A stretch of DNA of 64,000 nucleotides from Macrostomum lignano. Taxonomy: Eukaryota. The translations under genes and the position numbers were made by a program. Below are positions 1 through 11,400 of this stretch, piece by piece. The notes under the pieces are model-generated. The model searched no databases. It worked only from the letters and a program-made list of their open reading frames with translations, and was not told where the DNA came from. The stretch's first letter is position 1, and each line of letters opens with the position of its first letter. The stretch spans positions 62,001 through 126,000 of the forward strand of contig NIVC01002371.1 of the NCBI GenBank assembly GCA_002269645.1. Direction: 5' to 3'.

Positions 1-411
1 GGGGCACTGTGGGGGCATTGTGTTGTATTAATGGGGGGCACTGTGAGGGCACTGTGTTGTGTTAATGGAGGGCACTGTGGGGGCACTGTGTTGTATTAAT
101 GGGGGCACTGTGGAGGCACTGTGTTGGTATTATGGGGGGCACTGTGGGGGCACTGTGTTGGTATTATGGGGGGCACTGTGGGGGCACTGTGTTGGTATTA
201 ATGGGGGGCACTGTGGGGGCACTGTGGTGGCACGGGGGCACTGAGGGGGCACTGTGGGGGCACTGTTGGGACACTGAGGGGGCACTGTGGGGGGGCACTG
301 TTGGGACACTGAGGGGGCACTGTGGGGGCACTGTTGGGACACTGAGGGGGCACTGTGGGGGGGCACTGTTGGGACACTGAGGGGGCACTGTGGGACACTG
401 AGGGGGCACTG
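1..411. repeat. G-rich minisatellite of GGGGCACTGT(G)-type units, running off the window start
   Basis: GGGGCACTG recurs throughout 1-411 with variable spacers; the overlapping low-complexity ORFs are artefacts. Confidence 0.9.
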
Positions 412-3201
412 TGTGGTTTTGAACGCCTTGTATCCCATCACTGGTTTCAGTTAACAAACTTGAGCCACTAACCATTGCTAACAGACTTTTTATGCTGGAT
501 TGCACAGCACAACTAATTCCAATGCAGTATGAAGGGCATTCTGGGGACAAGAAAGAGCCGTCAGTCCGTCACCTTCAAATATCTACTTCTGTTGTGACTC
601 ATACCAAAAAAGCAAAAATCTAAATTAGGAAGTTCTTGCGCTTGATATGAGTAGTCAAAATTTGTATCAGTGAACTAATAGTATGATAACAACCCCCTAA
701 ACCCCCTACATAAAGTCTGATAACAGCTCTGCCAATTATCTATGATCCGAGCCAAGCCTTGTTCAAAAAGTTTTTTGTTATTTTTTAGACTGCGGTAGTT
801 ACGTTGTTGCACTGCCAGATTATTTGCTCTTATCAGCATGCTCTTATCAGGAATTTTCCGACCAAACTGCCACCTTCCTGACTATGGTAACCCCGTTTGC
901 TTGCCTTATGAGTTTTTGGTTATATAAGTGGTTAGGTAACCCCCCGTTCGGTTCGTGACCGGGTCACGCCGGGACAGTTGGGGTTGAAAATTGAGGGCCA
1001 GGGGGACGGGGGCGCGGTTTAACCAAAGAAAGAGAAGGAGAGCGAGGAGAGGGAGGAATGGACAGAACGCGCCATGGGGGGTTCCCCGATTCACTATTGG
1101 GCCACGCACTGACCCCACAACCCACCCTCCAAATAGCTGGGCCTTTTGCAAAGATTCCCTCCCCCCGCGGGAGGAGGGGGAGGCTGAACGGCGCCGGCTG
1201 CTCGTGCGCGTGTATCAGCGGGGGTGGAGGTGCTGGGTGTACATTACAACAACCCCCAATTCGTCCGACCCCTCACCAGCTGTGCCTATAATATATATTG
1301 TGAATTCTTTATAACTGTCCGACCTCTAACGTCCTTCAGTTCACCTCTGGTGCCCCCTTATTCTGGGGACGCCGGATAGCCTGAAAGAAAGGCCCTACCT
1401 AAATATCCCAAATAAAAATTGATCAAAGCGGACAATTAATAAAATTATGGTAAGTTCACGTTTAAATTGCTTTGAAAGAGAGAAGTTAGCTATTAATGAT
1501 TCCCTTTTAAAGATGACTCTGGCTTGCAAGAGGATTCGCCTGATACTGAAATCCTTTTAAGCTTAATTGGCGGATTAATGTTCGCCCGGTGTCACTGACG
1601 ATTCTGAAGAAAAAACAATAACTGAATGAAACTTTCTTTGTCACCGGGTGGTCATTCATCCGCCGAAGCCAGATTGTACAACTAACGGCCTTTTAGACCT
1701 TAAGGCCCCCCCGTTGCATACCGAAATTATATTGTTTCAATACTTGAAGCTTTCTGCCGCTTTTAATGACAAGCGACTCTTCAAATTCTATTTCAGTAAC
1801 CTCTGCACAGTAAATCTACAAGCGACGGTGGCTGATAACTTATATTATCTTGAAAATGCTTGTGGTGTTGGTTTTAGTGCGTGCGTAATTAGTAAATACT
1901 TTTGATTTTAATCAGTATTTCTTGACTTTTCTAGTGCGTTTTATTATTTTTTTCTGCGTTATACTACTGTTAAGGTTTTTGTCAGTAGTTTAGTTAGTCA
2001 GATAGATATAATGTTTGCTTTATAATTCTTTAAGAGCCGCTCTGTGATTTAAATTTTCACCCACCATTAGTCAGTTCAAATGTTGAGTTGTTTTAAGCAT
2101 CAATCACCATATAACTTAGAGATTAAGGAATTACCGATGCCAGTTTTATTTCCAAAAGGTTTGATAAAAAAATTAATCAGACATTGTTTCTGGAGTTCAT
2201 TTTTTGTAACTTTTATTGCATGTCCTCTCTTGTTGGAATTTAACTGCATTGGATAGTCTGTCAAATTGTTTCCGTTTTGTTTTTTTTAGCCATGAAATCA
2301 TAACTTGTGTTTTGTTTTAATTCTAGACAAAACTTGCACACGGGGCCAGAGATGTACACAACTGCTGTACATATTGATTTCTATGAATATAAATATTGAA
2401 TGTGTTTTTGATCTTGATTATTATCTATTGAAACATACTGTTTATCATTAATTAAATAGAAAGTCATCAACTTCATATAATTTAATTATAAAATGATTAA
2501 AAGCCACTCTGTTTGTTAGAAAAATGCAGTACCAAAAATATTTCAGTTCCACAAAGCATTCACGAATGCTGCTTCATCACTCAGCAAGAACTGAAACTCA
2601 TCATTAAAATAACAACGAACTTTAGGGTGTCAAATACAATTTGTATGTTTAGCTGGGGAATTGCTGACTGGGGAATTACTGGCTCCTAAATTCATTTCTA
2701 TATTTACATGCGGGGTTACATCGGTGAGCTACTAATTCATGCATATGCCCATGCTGCTTTGTTCCCTAAATCTCTTTATTAAACCAGTGAGACGAAGTCA
2801 AGGCAGTTGGCACGAGAGGCGCAGGTTCGAGCCTGACCCTATTGTACGAGTATTCGAGCGTATTTATTAACTTTAATTTACCGGACTTAAAAGCCAAATA
2901 AAAACCTTGGAGACTTAAAAGCGAGAAAAAAAAATCAATACGCGCTTGGCGGGTCAGCGACAGCCCGCACCGTATTAAATAAACGCCACCCAGGCCGCGG
3001 GCACGTGACCAAGGCCCGGCCCACCACCCCCCCCCCGCACCAACGCACAAGAGCCACGCCCCACTGGTTTAACACCCAACCAAGCTACGCCCGGTCGGAC
3101 CATTAAACCAGTGAGACGAAGTCAAGGCAGTTGGCACGAGAGGCGCAGGTTCGAGCCTGGCCCAACCCAAACCAGAAAGTTCGACAGAGAGAGAGAGAGA
3201 G

Positions 3202-4201
3202 TTAGAGCGCGCCAACCCGACGAGCCAAGCCATGCACAGCCGCCCTGGCATCCGAGTCCCGAACAGATAGATAGCGAAACACTGAGTTGCCCTTCCAGTC
3301 GCACAGCTTCTTGATCATCGGCAGTGGAACACCGAGCTGCATGGCTGCCGTAGCGCCGCCCCGCCGCAGCCCGTGGCCAGTGAACTCGCGTGGCGACAAA
3401 CCCGCCGATGTGCAGAGCGAACGAAGCCGGCTATCAAACCTGCTAGCCGTCAGAGGCAACCATCCGCGGACGACCACGTGGAGAACAGGTGAACCGGACG
3501 CGGCGCCTGGCCGATTCGGTTTGTCCGTAGCTGCCGCTCGAGCGCACGGAACGGGCACAGGACACCCAAGCTTCCATCAGGCAGTTTCGGAAGAAACACT
3601 CGCTGAACTCGATCGCCAAACTGGTTGGTCTTCGAATGCCGCACAGTGAGCTCACAGTCGTACTCTGAGAAGACGATGCTCGATGCTGCCAGGTCGCACC
3701 ACAGATCGAGCTGCCCCGATTGCGTCGTCACATTCGCTTTTCGCAGCATACCCCACCAGGCTGCCAGAACTGCTGCCCAGAACGCGATGTCACTCTTCAG
3801 ACGTTGGTCCAGGTGGGCGTGTAGCTTGATGAGATCCGCGACTCTGAATGGCTCCCTTGAGCGCTGCTGCCGACTGAGACACCGGCGAAGACCACGAAGC
3901 ACCAGCTTAACCATCGGCGACTCGCACGGGTCCGACCGGCCGAGAGCTCTGAAGTACAGCGAGACCGCGTTAGCATACGCCTGGCAACTCCGAAAGGCTG
4001 ACAGCCGGGTGGACAGCTCGGCCAGGTATTCAGCCACGTGCACAGGCTCTGCCCGCAGCGGCGTCAGGTGCCGGGAACTGCAAAATCGCAGCCAAGACGC
4101 GAGCTGCGACCGGTAACTCCGCTTCGTGCGGGGCGCGTAGGCATTGCCCAGGATAAACGCGCAACGCTTGCTGAGGCGGTCGGGAGTCTGGCGCGGAGGG
4201 C
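3202..4201 (-). pseudogene. Tyrosine recombinase of the Ngaro element, frameshifted near 3460
   Basis: The YR frame opens at ~4201 (AYAPRTKRSY..W..FC), continues through LRKAN and HSKTNQFG, then shifts frame at ~3455-3465 to GHGLRRGGAT...DWKG...FRYL (catalytic R-K-HxxR-W-Y). There is no in-frame ATG. Confidence 0.85.
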
Positions 4202-7003
4202 CTGTAAAATGAGAAAAACGGAGGCAGCAGGGCAGAAAGCATGGCTAGCGATCTCGTTAAAACAGCAGTCAACAGAGCCATACACCCGAAATAAAAAATC
4301 GCGCATTTTGTCCACGGCGTGCAGCCTAGAGCACGGGTCCGCAAAGACATGGTACCAGCCAGGCACATGAAAAGCGCGCACCTCAACCCCACGCCTAACA
4401 GCAATGAGCATGGCAGTCTGGAACTGCGGCTGCAACTCAGGCTGCCGACAGCAACCTCTGTTAATCATGCCAACAGCCGCATTAGAGTCGGAGTAGACCA
4501 CGACCGAACTGTCATTTAAAAAGGCACCCCAGCGAACCATAGCCAGCAGCGGAACAATAGCTTCTTTGTACGTGATATGCTTGTCTTTAAACTTTCCTCC
4601 AGCATCCAGATCCCAATTGACGCACAGCCAATCCACCATACCGCTACCATTGCGCAAAATGGCTCCGCCACCAGCACTGCTCGCATCGGTTTCGATGATC
4701 CAGCCGTTAGTGCAACTTCTCCAAAGCTGAAAATCAGGCAGCTTCAGAAGGGCACCTCGCCACCAGAGTAAAATACGCACAGTGTCAGCGGACACACGCA
4801 CTTTGTGATGTGGCTTTTCCAGGGCATTAAGCAGGTCGAACAGGGGTCTTAGGAAGCAACTCCCAGCGTGCACCACCTGGACGACCCAGCTGAGCTTGCC
4901 ACAAAGCGACGAAAGCTGTCGTTTCGAGAGACGCCTGCGCTGCGAAAAGTTAAGCAGTGTGGTGCGCATTTCCTCACACTTTTCCGCCGGCACACTAAGA
5001 ACTCCACGGACAGTATCAATCTTCACACCGAGATACACCAAGCATTGCGTAGGTTCAACCACTTTGTTCCAATTGACTCCAAAACCTAACTGGCGAACCA
5101 GCTTAATCAGCTCTTTCAGAGCATCCATACACTCTTTCTCGCTCTCGGCCGCAACCAGAAAATCATCCAGGTAAACCGAAATATTGGCCACGCCGCGTCG
5201 CACCATCATCCTCTTGACCGCTTGAGTAAGCCGGTAGAAAATCTCAACCGAGGCGCAGCTACCAAAGGGTAGCCGGGTGTCGACAAGCCATGTCAGATCA
5301 CGGTTGCCTTTAAAGCGCCAACCAATGCCGGTCGCCTGGTAATCATCCGGATGGATCGCCACGCTTCTGTAAGCTTGCGACAAATCAAGCTTTGCCATGA
5401 ACCAGCCCTTGCCGATAGAGGCTGCAACCTTCTTGACGGACTCAAACCTGGGGCTCAGCTTCTTCGTATAGTTGTCATTTACCGAGTAGCCCGGAGGCGT
5501 GCTGCAGTCATGAATAAGTCGAACCTTCCCGTTATCCTTGGGAATTGCTCCCAGAGGGCTGACCATCGTAGGCTTCTTAGGCACAATCAAATACCTGCCA
5601 TTCTCAATCTCTTCTTTAATTTGCAGCTCAACAGCGCGATGAAAAGTAGAAGTAGACATGTAATTGGCATTAAAAGTCTCACAAAGCCTTTTGCCATCAG
5701 TAATGCGAAAACCATTTGCGATGCCGTCTAGGATAAAATTCCGATCAGGGTCATTCTCAAGCTCAGAATCCCACGAACAAAAACGCAGGCGACCCCCTGC
5801 ACTGCCAACGACAGGATTGTTAAAATTTAAAGCAGGCTGAGCATTAGGCAAAATTTTAGGATTAAAACAGAGCATCGCAGACTTCAGTTTTTTTGTCGAA
5901 TGGTTGGCCTCAGGGTGGGCCTCGAAACAGATGCGGCATACGTGCCGGAATTTGCAGCTCGACCGGAAGCACCCCCGGCGATTAAAGTGCAAGCAGATCT
6001 CTTCCCCGTCTGGCGTTCTGACGCTCTTGGGGTCTATTGGTTTTTGAAAACGCTGCTGCCGTGGCTGGGGCAATGACTTGCTGACTCCATGGTTTGCTGG
6101 AGTTCCAGTTCTGATTAAGTGCTTAGCAACGAGTTGGAAAGACTCCTTGCCCCATCGCATGCCAGTTTCAGCTTGCCTAGTGCGGTAGTCCTCGTCAAAA
6201 CGATTCACCTGCGCAAGGCCGAAGCCCGCGTCGAACAGCTCGCCAATCTGTATTGAGTAGCGTAAGTAATTCATCAAATCAGTCGTGTCGGCAGTTCCAT
6301 TTCTACTAGTCACCAGGGCACCATCCTTGATCATCTGCATCATTAGCCTGCAATTGCCTACCAAATACTGCGCTGCCGTGATGCTATCTGGATTAGGTTT
6401 TCTGCTCTTGTAAGTGATTCGGCCACCAGAACCATTAGCCAGCACCTCTTCCTGCTCAAAGCCGTCGAGGAAATCACGAACCAGGAGAGCCTTACGTCTA
6501 CCAGAACACTCCATCCGTTCATTGGCCCTGTTCTGTGACAACAATCTGTCAAGCAGCTCATTGCCATTATCTGCTTGGTCTAATTCAGCATCATCACACC
6601 CATCAGGAAAGTAACTGGGGCCAGCAGGCTTGGCACACTCACCGCGATTCATAGGACGCGTGGATGGACACTCGCGCTGCAGATCTCCGATCTCCCTCTT
6701 GAGTTGAGCGGCTTCCTTGCGTAGCTGCAACAGTCTGATCTCCTTCTCCGCCTTCGCGATGTCCTCGTCCAGGCCCGCCGCCGACTCCCGAGCCGCCTCC
6801 GTACTGATGTTGTCGTCTGCTTCGGCTTCTTGCTCAGATTGCTCCATGTTCTGCAACAGCGAATCTGTCCACGACTGGTCTGGGGCTGCGAGCAGGGCGC
6901 TGACAAGGTCGGCCTTGTTGCCCCGACTGCTTATGTTAGCGTGGGCACACAAGGCTTGCAGAGCCACCTTGCTCAGGTGCATAAGTTTGTCGCGGTCAGC
7001 CAT
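4064..7003 (-). CDS. Ngaro Gag + reverse transcriptase + RNase H, in one frame in this copy
   Basis: ATG at 7003 (MADRDK), SAP-like N-terminus, coiled coil, Cys/His finger (CLHFNRRGCFRSSCKFRHVCRICFEAH), RT motifs (KLDLSQAY, LPFG, YLDD, YLGV) and DIRS-type RNase H (ETDAS, KEA, SDS, ADPCSR). Confidence 0.9.
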   Translation of the reverse strand: MADRDKLMHLSKVALQALCAHANISSRGNKADLVSALLAAPDQSWTDSLLQNMEQSEQEAEADDNISTEAARESAAGLDEDIAKAEKEIRLLQLRKEAAQLKREIGDLQRECPSTRPMNRGECAKPAGPSYFPDGCDDAELDQADNGNELLDRLLSQNRANERMECSGRRKALLVRDFLDGFEQEEVLANGSGGRITYKSRKPNPDSITAAQYLVGNCRLMMQMIKDGALVTSRNGTADTTDLMNYLRYSIQIGELFDAGFGLAQVNRFDEDYRTRQAETGMRWGKESFQLVAKHLIRTGTPANHGVSKSLPQPRQQRFQKPIDPKSVRTPDGEEICLHFNRRGCFRSSCKFRHVCRICFEAHPEANHSTKKLKSAMLCFNPKILPNAQPALNFNNPVVGSAGGRLRFCSWDSELENDPDRNFILDGIANGFRITDGKRLCETFNANYMSTSTFHRAVELQIKEEIENGRYLIVPKKPTMVSPLGAIPKDNGKVRLIHDCSTPPGYSVNDNYTKKLSPRFESVKKVAASIGKGWFMAKLDLSQAYRSVAIHPDDYQATGIGWRFKGNRDLTWLVDTRLPFGSCASVEIFYRLTQAVKRMMVRRGVANISVYLDDFLVAAESEKECMDALKELIKLVRQLGFGVNWNKVVEPTQCLVYLGVKIDTVRGVLSVPAEKCEEMRTTLLNFSQRRRLSKRQLSSLCGKLSWVVQVVHAGSCFLRPLFDLLNALEKPHHKVRVSADTVRILLWWRGALLKLPDFQLWRSCTNGWIIETDASSAGGGAILRNGSGMVDWLCVNWDLDAGGKFKDKHITYKEAIVPLLAMVRWGAFLNDSSVVVYSDSNAAVGMINRGCCRQPELQPQFQTAMLIAVRRGVEVRAFHVPGWYHVFADPCSRLHAVDKMRDFLFRVYGSVDCCFNEIASHAFCPAASVFLILQALRARLPTASASVARLSWAMPTRPARSGVTGRSSRLGCDFAVPGT

Positions 7004-8499
7004 TGCAACAATTGAGAAAAAAAAATCAATACGCGCTTGGCGGGTCAGCGACAGCCCGCACCGTATTAAATAAACGCCACCCAGGCCGCGGGCACGTGAC
7101 CAAGGCCCGGCCCACCACCCCCCCCCGCACCAACGCACAAGAGCCACGCCCCACTGGTTTAACACCCAACCAAGCTACGCCCGGTCGGACCATTAAAACT
7201 TACATGTACATGTACTAAGCATTGGGGGCAATGCGGACAAATCTGCCGCGTGACGGTGACGTAACTAAATGCGCTGCAGGAATAAAGCATTGCGGGCAAA
7301 CTTCGGCGGGCAAATCTCATGGACCAGTATAACCCCACAGAATAAACACAGAATGTTCAATCACGCATTTTTCATGAAACCGAATTAAAAATCGTCCACA
7401 CTACTTTTGTTGTGAAGTCTGTGGCCAGTAGTATCAACTAGTGTAAAATAATTAAGCAAAAAGTATCAAAGGCAGTAAAAGATCCCATTTGCAACGATCA
7501 AATGTAAAATCAGTCAGTCAGTTCATTTAGGAAGTTAAAACTTGAATCTTTAAAACTCCACTTAAACAGCATTCATTCGCATCAGCTTCTTCTCTTCAGT
7601 TCTCTTCATTCCTGTCGTGCGCCCTCGCCTTCTCTGCTGAGCCAGCTCCCTCTGACTTGCATCAGTGATGCAGCGAATTCTTGAAAACATCACTTTGGCC
7701 ACCAAAATAGAAGTTGTTAAATAGTAGTCTGTTCGATCTATGACGCTTTGCTAAAAGTACAGTGTACAACGTAGTAAGTGCATTGTCTGAATGAAGGGAT
7801 GGTTATATGAAGCTGGAATTCAACCCTAGGGACCCAAAATGGACAAATAATGCATTTTCAGAATCTAATGACAAAATAGTGCATTCTTGGTGCATTATAT
7901 GTACGTGCATTTTTAATGCATTTTTAGTAAAAGTTCTATCTACACTATTTAACAAAATAAGCATGAATTTAGTTCAAGATTGGCTTTATTGCGCATCTGT
8001 GTATTTATAAATTATACTTCCGTTGCTAACTTTGAAGAACAAATAATAAAACGTGGTGCGATAAAAATGCATTATTTTCTGTAACAATTATCAAATTACA
8101 AATGCATTTTTTATATCCAGCCGTAGCGAATTAGACCATCACAAATTGAAATTAAAATGGCGGTCTAATTGCGTGCTGGATTATTTTGTTGCTCGAAGCG
8201 AAATTCGTAATTAAATTTCTATTTCAGGTTCTTATCTAGCAAACAAACTTACATTCGTACGCAAAAATTGGGTCGCTTTTGTTATTTCTCTATAACATAG
8301 CTTGTTCAATCGATTTTGATTGTCGAAATAAAAGCTTTGTTTTCTTCACTATTTTATGACATCCTCTCAACAATTTAATTGCATTAATCAATCTGGTGTG
8401 ACAATTATTCCAATTTCTAATTATTCCAATTCAGTTAATATATTATTATTATAGGTTTGAATTTATTGACTTCAGACACTAAGAGTTGGTGGATCTTGA

Positions 8500-11400
8500 A
8501 TGGATCTTGCGGCTGGTTCAAGTAGGCGCTCTTCGAATAGAGTAGTGAAACCAGTGCAACGATTGGCAAATTCTGCTGCGTCATTTTATGATTCGAAGTA
8601 CCTACTATTCTTCATTCGAAAGACAAGAACTTATCATAACTTTTCCCGTGGCAGTCTTGCACTTAGCCATAATGAGCCTGATGTGAAATTCATTTTTGTA
8701 AGTAATTTTTTGCTTACTTACTAGGCCCAGGCCTAATCCTAGTAATTGTTACAAATGCTATTGCATATTGTATACAAAATTCTGCAGGATTTGAAAAAAT
8801 AAATAAATTGCTTGAGTGCATATGGCTTAAAATGAATGTAGTTTTGTGTGCCTAACTATCAAATATCTATTAACTCCTACAAATATATTTATTAGGGCCT
8901 AAAGTTAAATGAAGCTAAATAGTTTTTTATATTGTTTTACTAGTAGGCTGGGCTTCTATAGCCATATGCCTAGTTTAGGCCATGTAGGGAGTAGGCCCTG
9001 ATGCCCAACTATAGAACTAGTTAGGTATTTTTTAGTGAATTAGGCTTATTCTAAGATTTCATCTTTTTATAGTTTTAGTAATACTAGGCCAAGGCTGTTT
9101 AATTTGCAAAAGACTACTTTTTAGTGCTTGAAATAGGCTGTTTAGTTGCTATCAATGTTAGAGTATGATTAGCTAACTCATGCATAAAGAACTATGGTTG
9201 GTTTGGCTAGCTTTCCTTTCTTTTCTATATGTTCTCTATTCTAAGTATAGAGAGAATATATTGGGCTGTTAGGAAAATTCTGTCCGTTTTGACTAAAATA
9301 TGTTGGAGCGAGTTTTTATAGGAATGCAGCAGTGTTACTCAGTAAAATAATTGCCATCGCAATCGATGACCCTCTGCCAACGAGAGGGCAGACTTTGGAT
9401 GCCAGCTCTGTAGAAATCCTTGGGCTGTGATTCAAAAAAGTTAGTAATGCAGTCCTTGACCCCTTTGTCATCTTCAAACGTTTTCTCTTTCAGATGATGG
9501 TGCAGCGCTCGAAAAAGATGGTAGTCTGTAGGGGCCAGATCGGGGCTGTACGGTGGGTGGGGCAGCACTTCCCAGCCCAGATCCAGCAGCTTTTGTCGGG
9601 TCAAATTGGCGGTGTGCGGCCGAGCGTTGTCATGAAGGAAGCGAACATGCTGACGCCCTGGACGCTGTGTGTGGAGGCAGTCGGCCACATTCTGCAGCTG
9701 GTTACAGTAGAGCTCGGCGGTGATGCTGGTGTTGGGCGGCAGCAGCTCGAAGTATACAACTCCTTCACTGTCCTACCAACAGCAGAGCATCACCTTCTTA
9801 GGGTGCAGTGGGGCCTTTGGCTCTGGCTGTGGCGGTTTGCCGGCATCAACCCACTGGCGCTTGCAGTGTATATTAACGTACATCACCCACTTCTCATCGC
9901 CAGTGAGTATTGAGGCCAGCCAGTCTGTTGTTCTCTTGTAGGAGAGCAGTGAGGTGCAAATGTCTGCTCGGCTTTGACGGTCCCTGTCAGTCAGGTCATG
10001 GGGGGTCCACTGTCCGAGCTTGCTTTTCTTGCCCATGGCAGCCAGGTGTTCAGCGACTTGCACATGGGAGCACCCAAGAGTGGCTGCCAGCTCTCGTGTA
10101 GTCTGGTGCGGATTGGCCTCCACAAGTGTCCGCAGCAGCTCAGTGTCTATCTCAGATGGGCGTCCAGGGCGAGGTTCGTCAGCAAGGCTGTAGTCGCCGC
10201 TGCGAAAGCGATCAAACCAACGACGGGCTGTGCGGTCAGAGACAGCATCCTGGCCAAATGCACTGCACAGGCGTCGAGTCGATTCGGCTGCTGTAATACC
10301 TGCTAGAAAATCATATAGCATGCACTGCCTTAGAGCGATGCTGTTTAATTCAAAATTTCTGGCCATAATTGGGCGCTGAAAAGCAAATGACTTGGTTAGA
10401 ATGACCACAACTCTGGCTGTATATGCATACACAAGTATTGGATCCAACACAGCTTCATGATCCTCTGCATAGAAAAATAAAAAACGGACAGAACTTTCCT
10501 AACAACCCAATAGAATTTTGGCCATTTTTAAATGTCTTATTGTCTATTTTTTTAATATATATTTTGTATAATGTATTCATTTTCAAACTTGACTGCCTTC
10601 ATTGATTTTTATAACATTTTATATAGTGGTCTCAGTATGTTTATATATCTATTTATCTATGAGCTATTTTATTCCTATGCTAAGCCTAAGGTGTTCAATT
10701 CATAGGAAGGTCTATTTGCTGATAAGGTAGGCCCTATATTCTATCCAATAGCAAGTTTACTATTTGAACTATTGTCCAGTGCTTTAGTTTTCTATTTTAA
10801 TATTTCTTATACTTTTAGTTTTCCTAGTATTTTAATAGGCTATATTTGCCAACTCTATTAAGCTATCTAAAGTTTTATTTTAGTTAAGTTTGTCTATTTT
10901 TCCAATGGATTTATTCTCTTTAGCTTGTCTATCTTTCTAAAGGACTCTTTTGTTTAGTTTGTCTAACTTTCTAATAGGCTATATCTATTTTGTTAACTAT
11001 TCTAAAAAGAATTTTCTATTTAGTTTGTTTATAATTCTTAATTAAAAAATTAATTTGGTCTAATATTAGCTCAAAATCTAATAATGAATCACATTTTTAT
11101 TTTAGGGTGAGGACTACCCACTTGCTCTCAAGGATGGCATTTTCAATGGCATGTTCATTGCAGCTGAACCATGGTCAAAAATGATCTACCTTGAGAAGGA
11201 GCTTGATGCATTCATAACTGAAAACAAGGAGAACTCCGAGCTCTCTGATCATGTCCAGTCTCATATGAAAGTCTTCATGAGACAACAAGAAGACTCAAGT
11301 GATGAAGATGCAGGTGATATTGACGATTCGGATGATGATGAGACCTGGCAGCCTACTCCGCCTCCTACTCAGGTTTCTTTTGTAAGCCCAAGTCCAGTTT

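Larger units (their letters stand above)
2778..7197 (-). mobile_element. Full-length Ngaro-type (DIRS order) tyrosine-recombinase retrotransposon with split direct repeats
   Basis: Repeat A at 7014-7197 recurs at 2923-3107; repeat B at 3102-3163 recurs at 2778-2839. On the minus strand this gives A1-[gag/RT/RH/YR]-B1-A2-spacer-B2, the established Ngaro layout. Confidence 0.92.

Noticed and set aside
59-550. Multiple overlapping Gly/Cys- or Pro/Gln-rich ORFs
   Set aside because: They are translations of the GGGGCACTGT minisatellite.
860-1320. Possible solo LTR (TATA-like, GC-rich core, AT-rich end)
   Set aside because: No clean TG...CA ends, TSD or second copy in the window.
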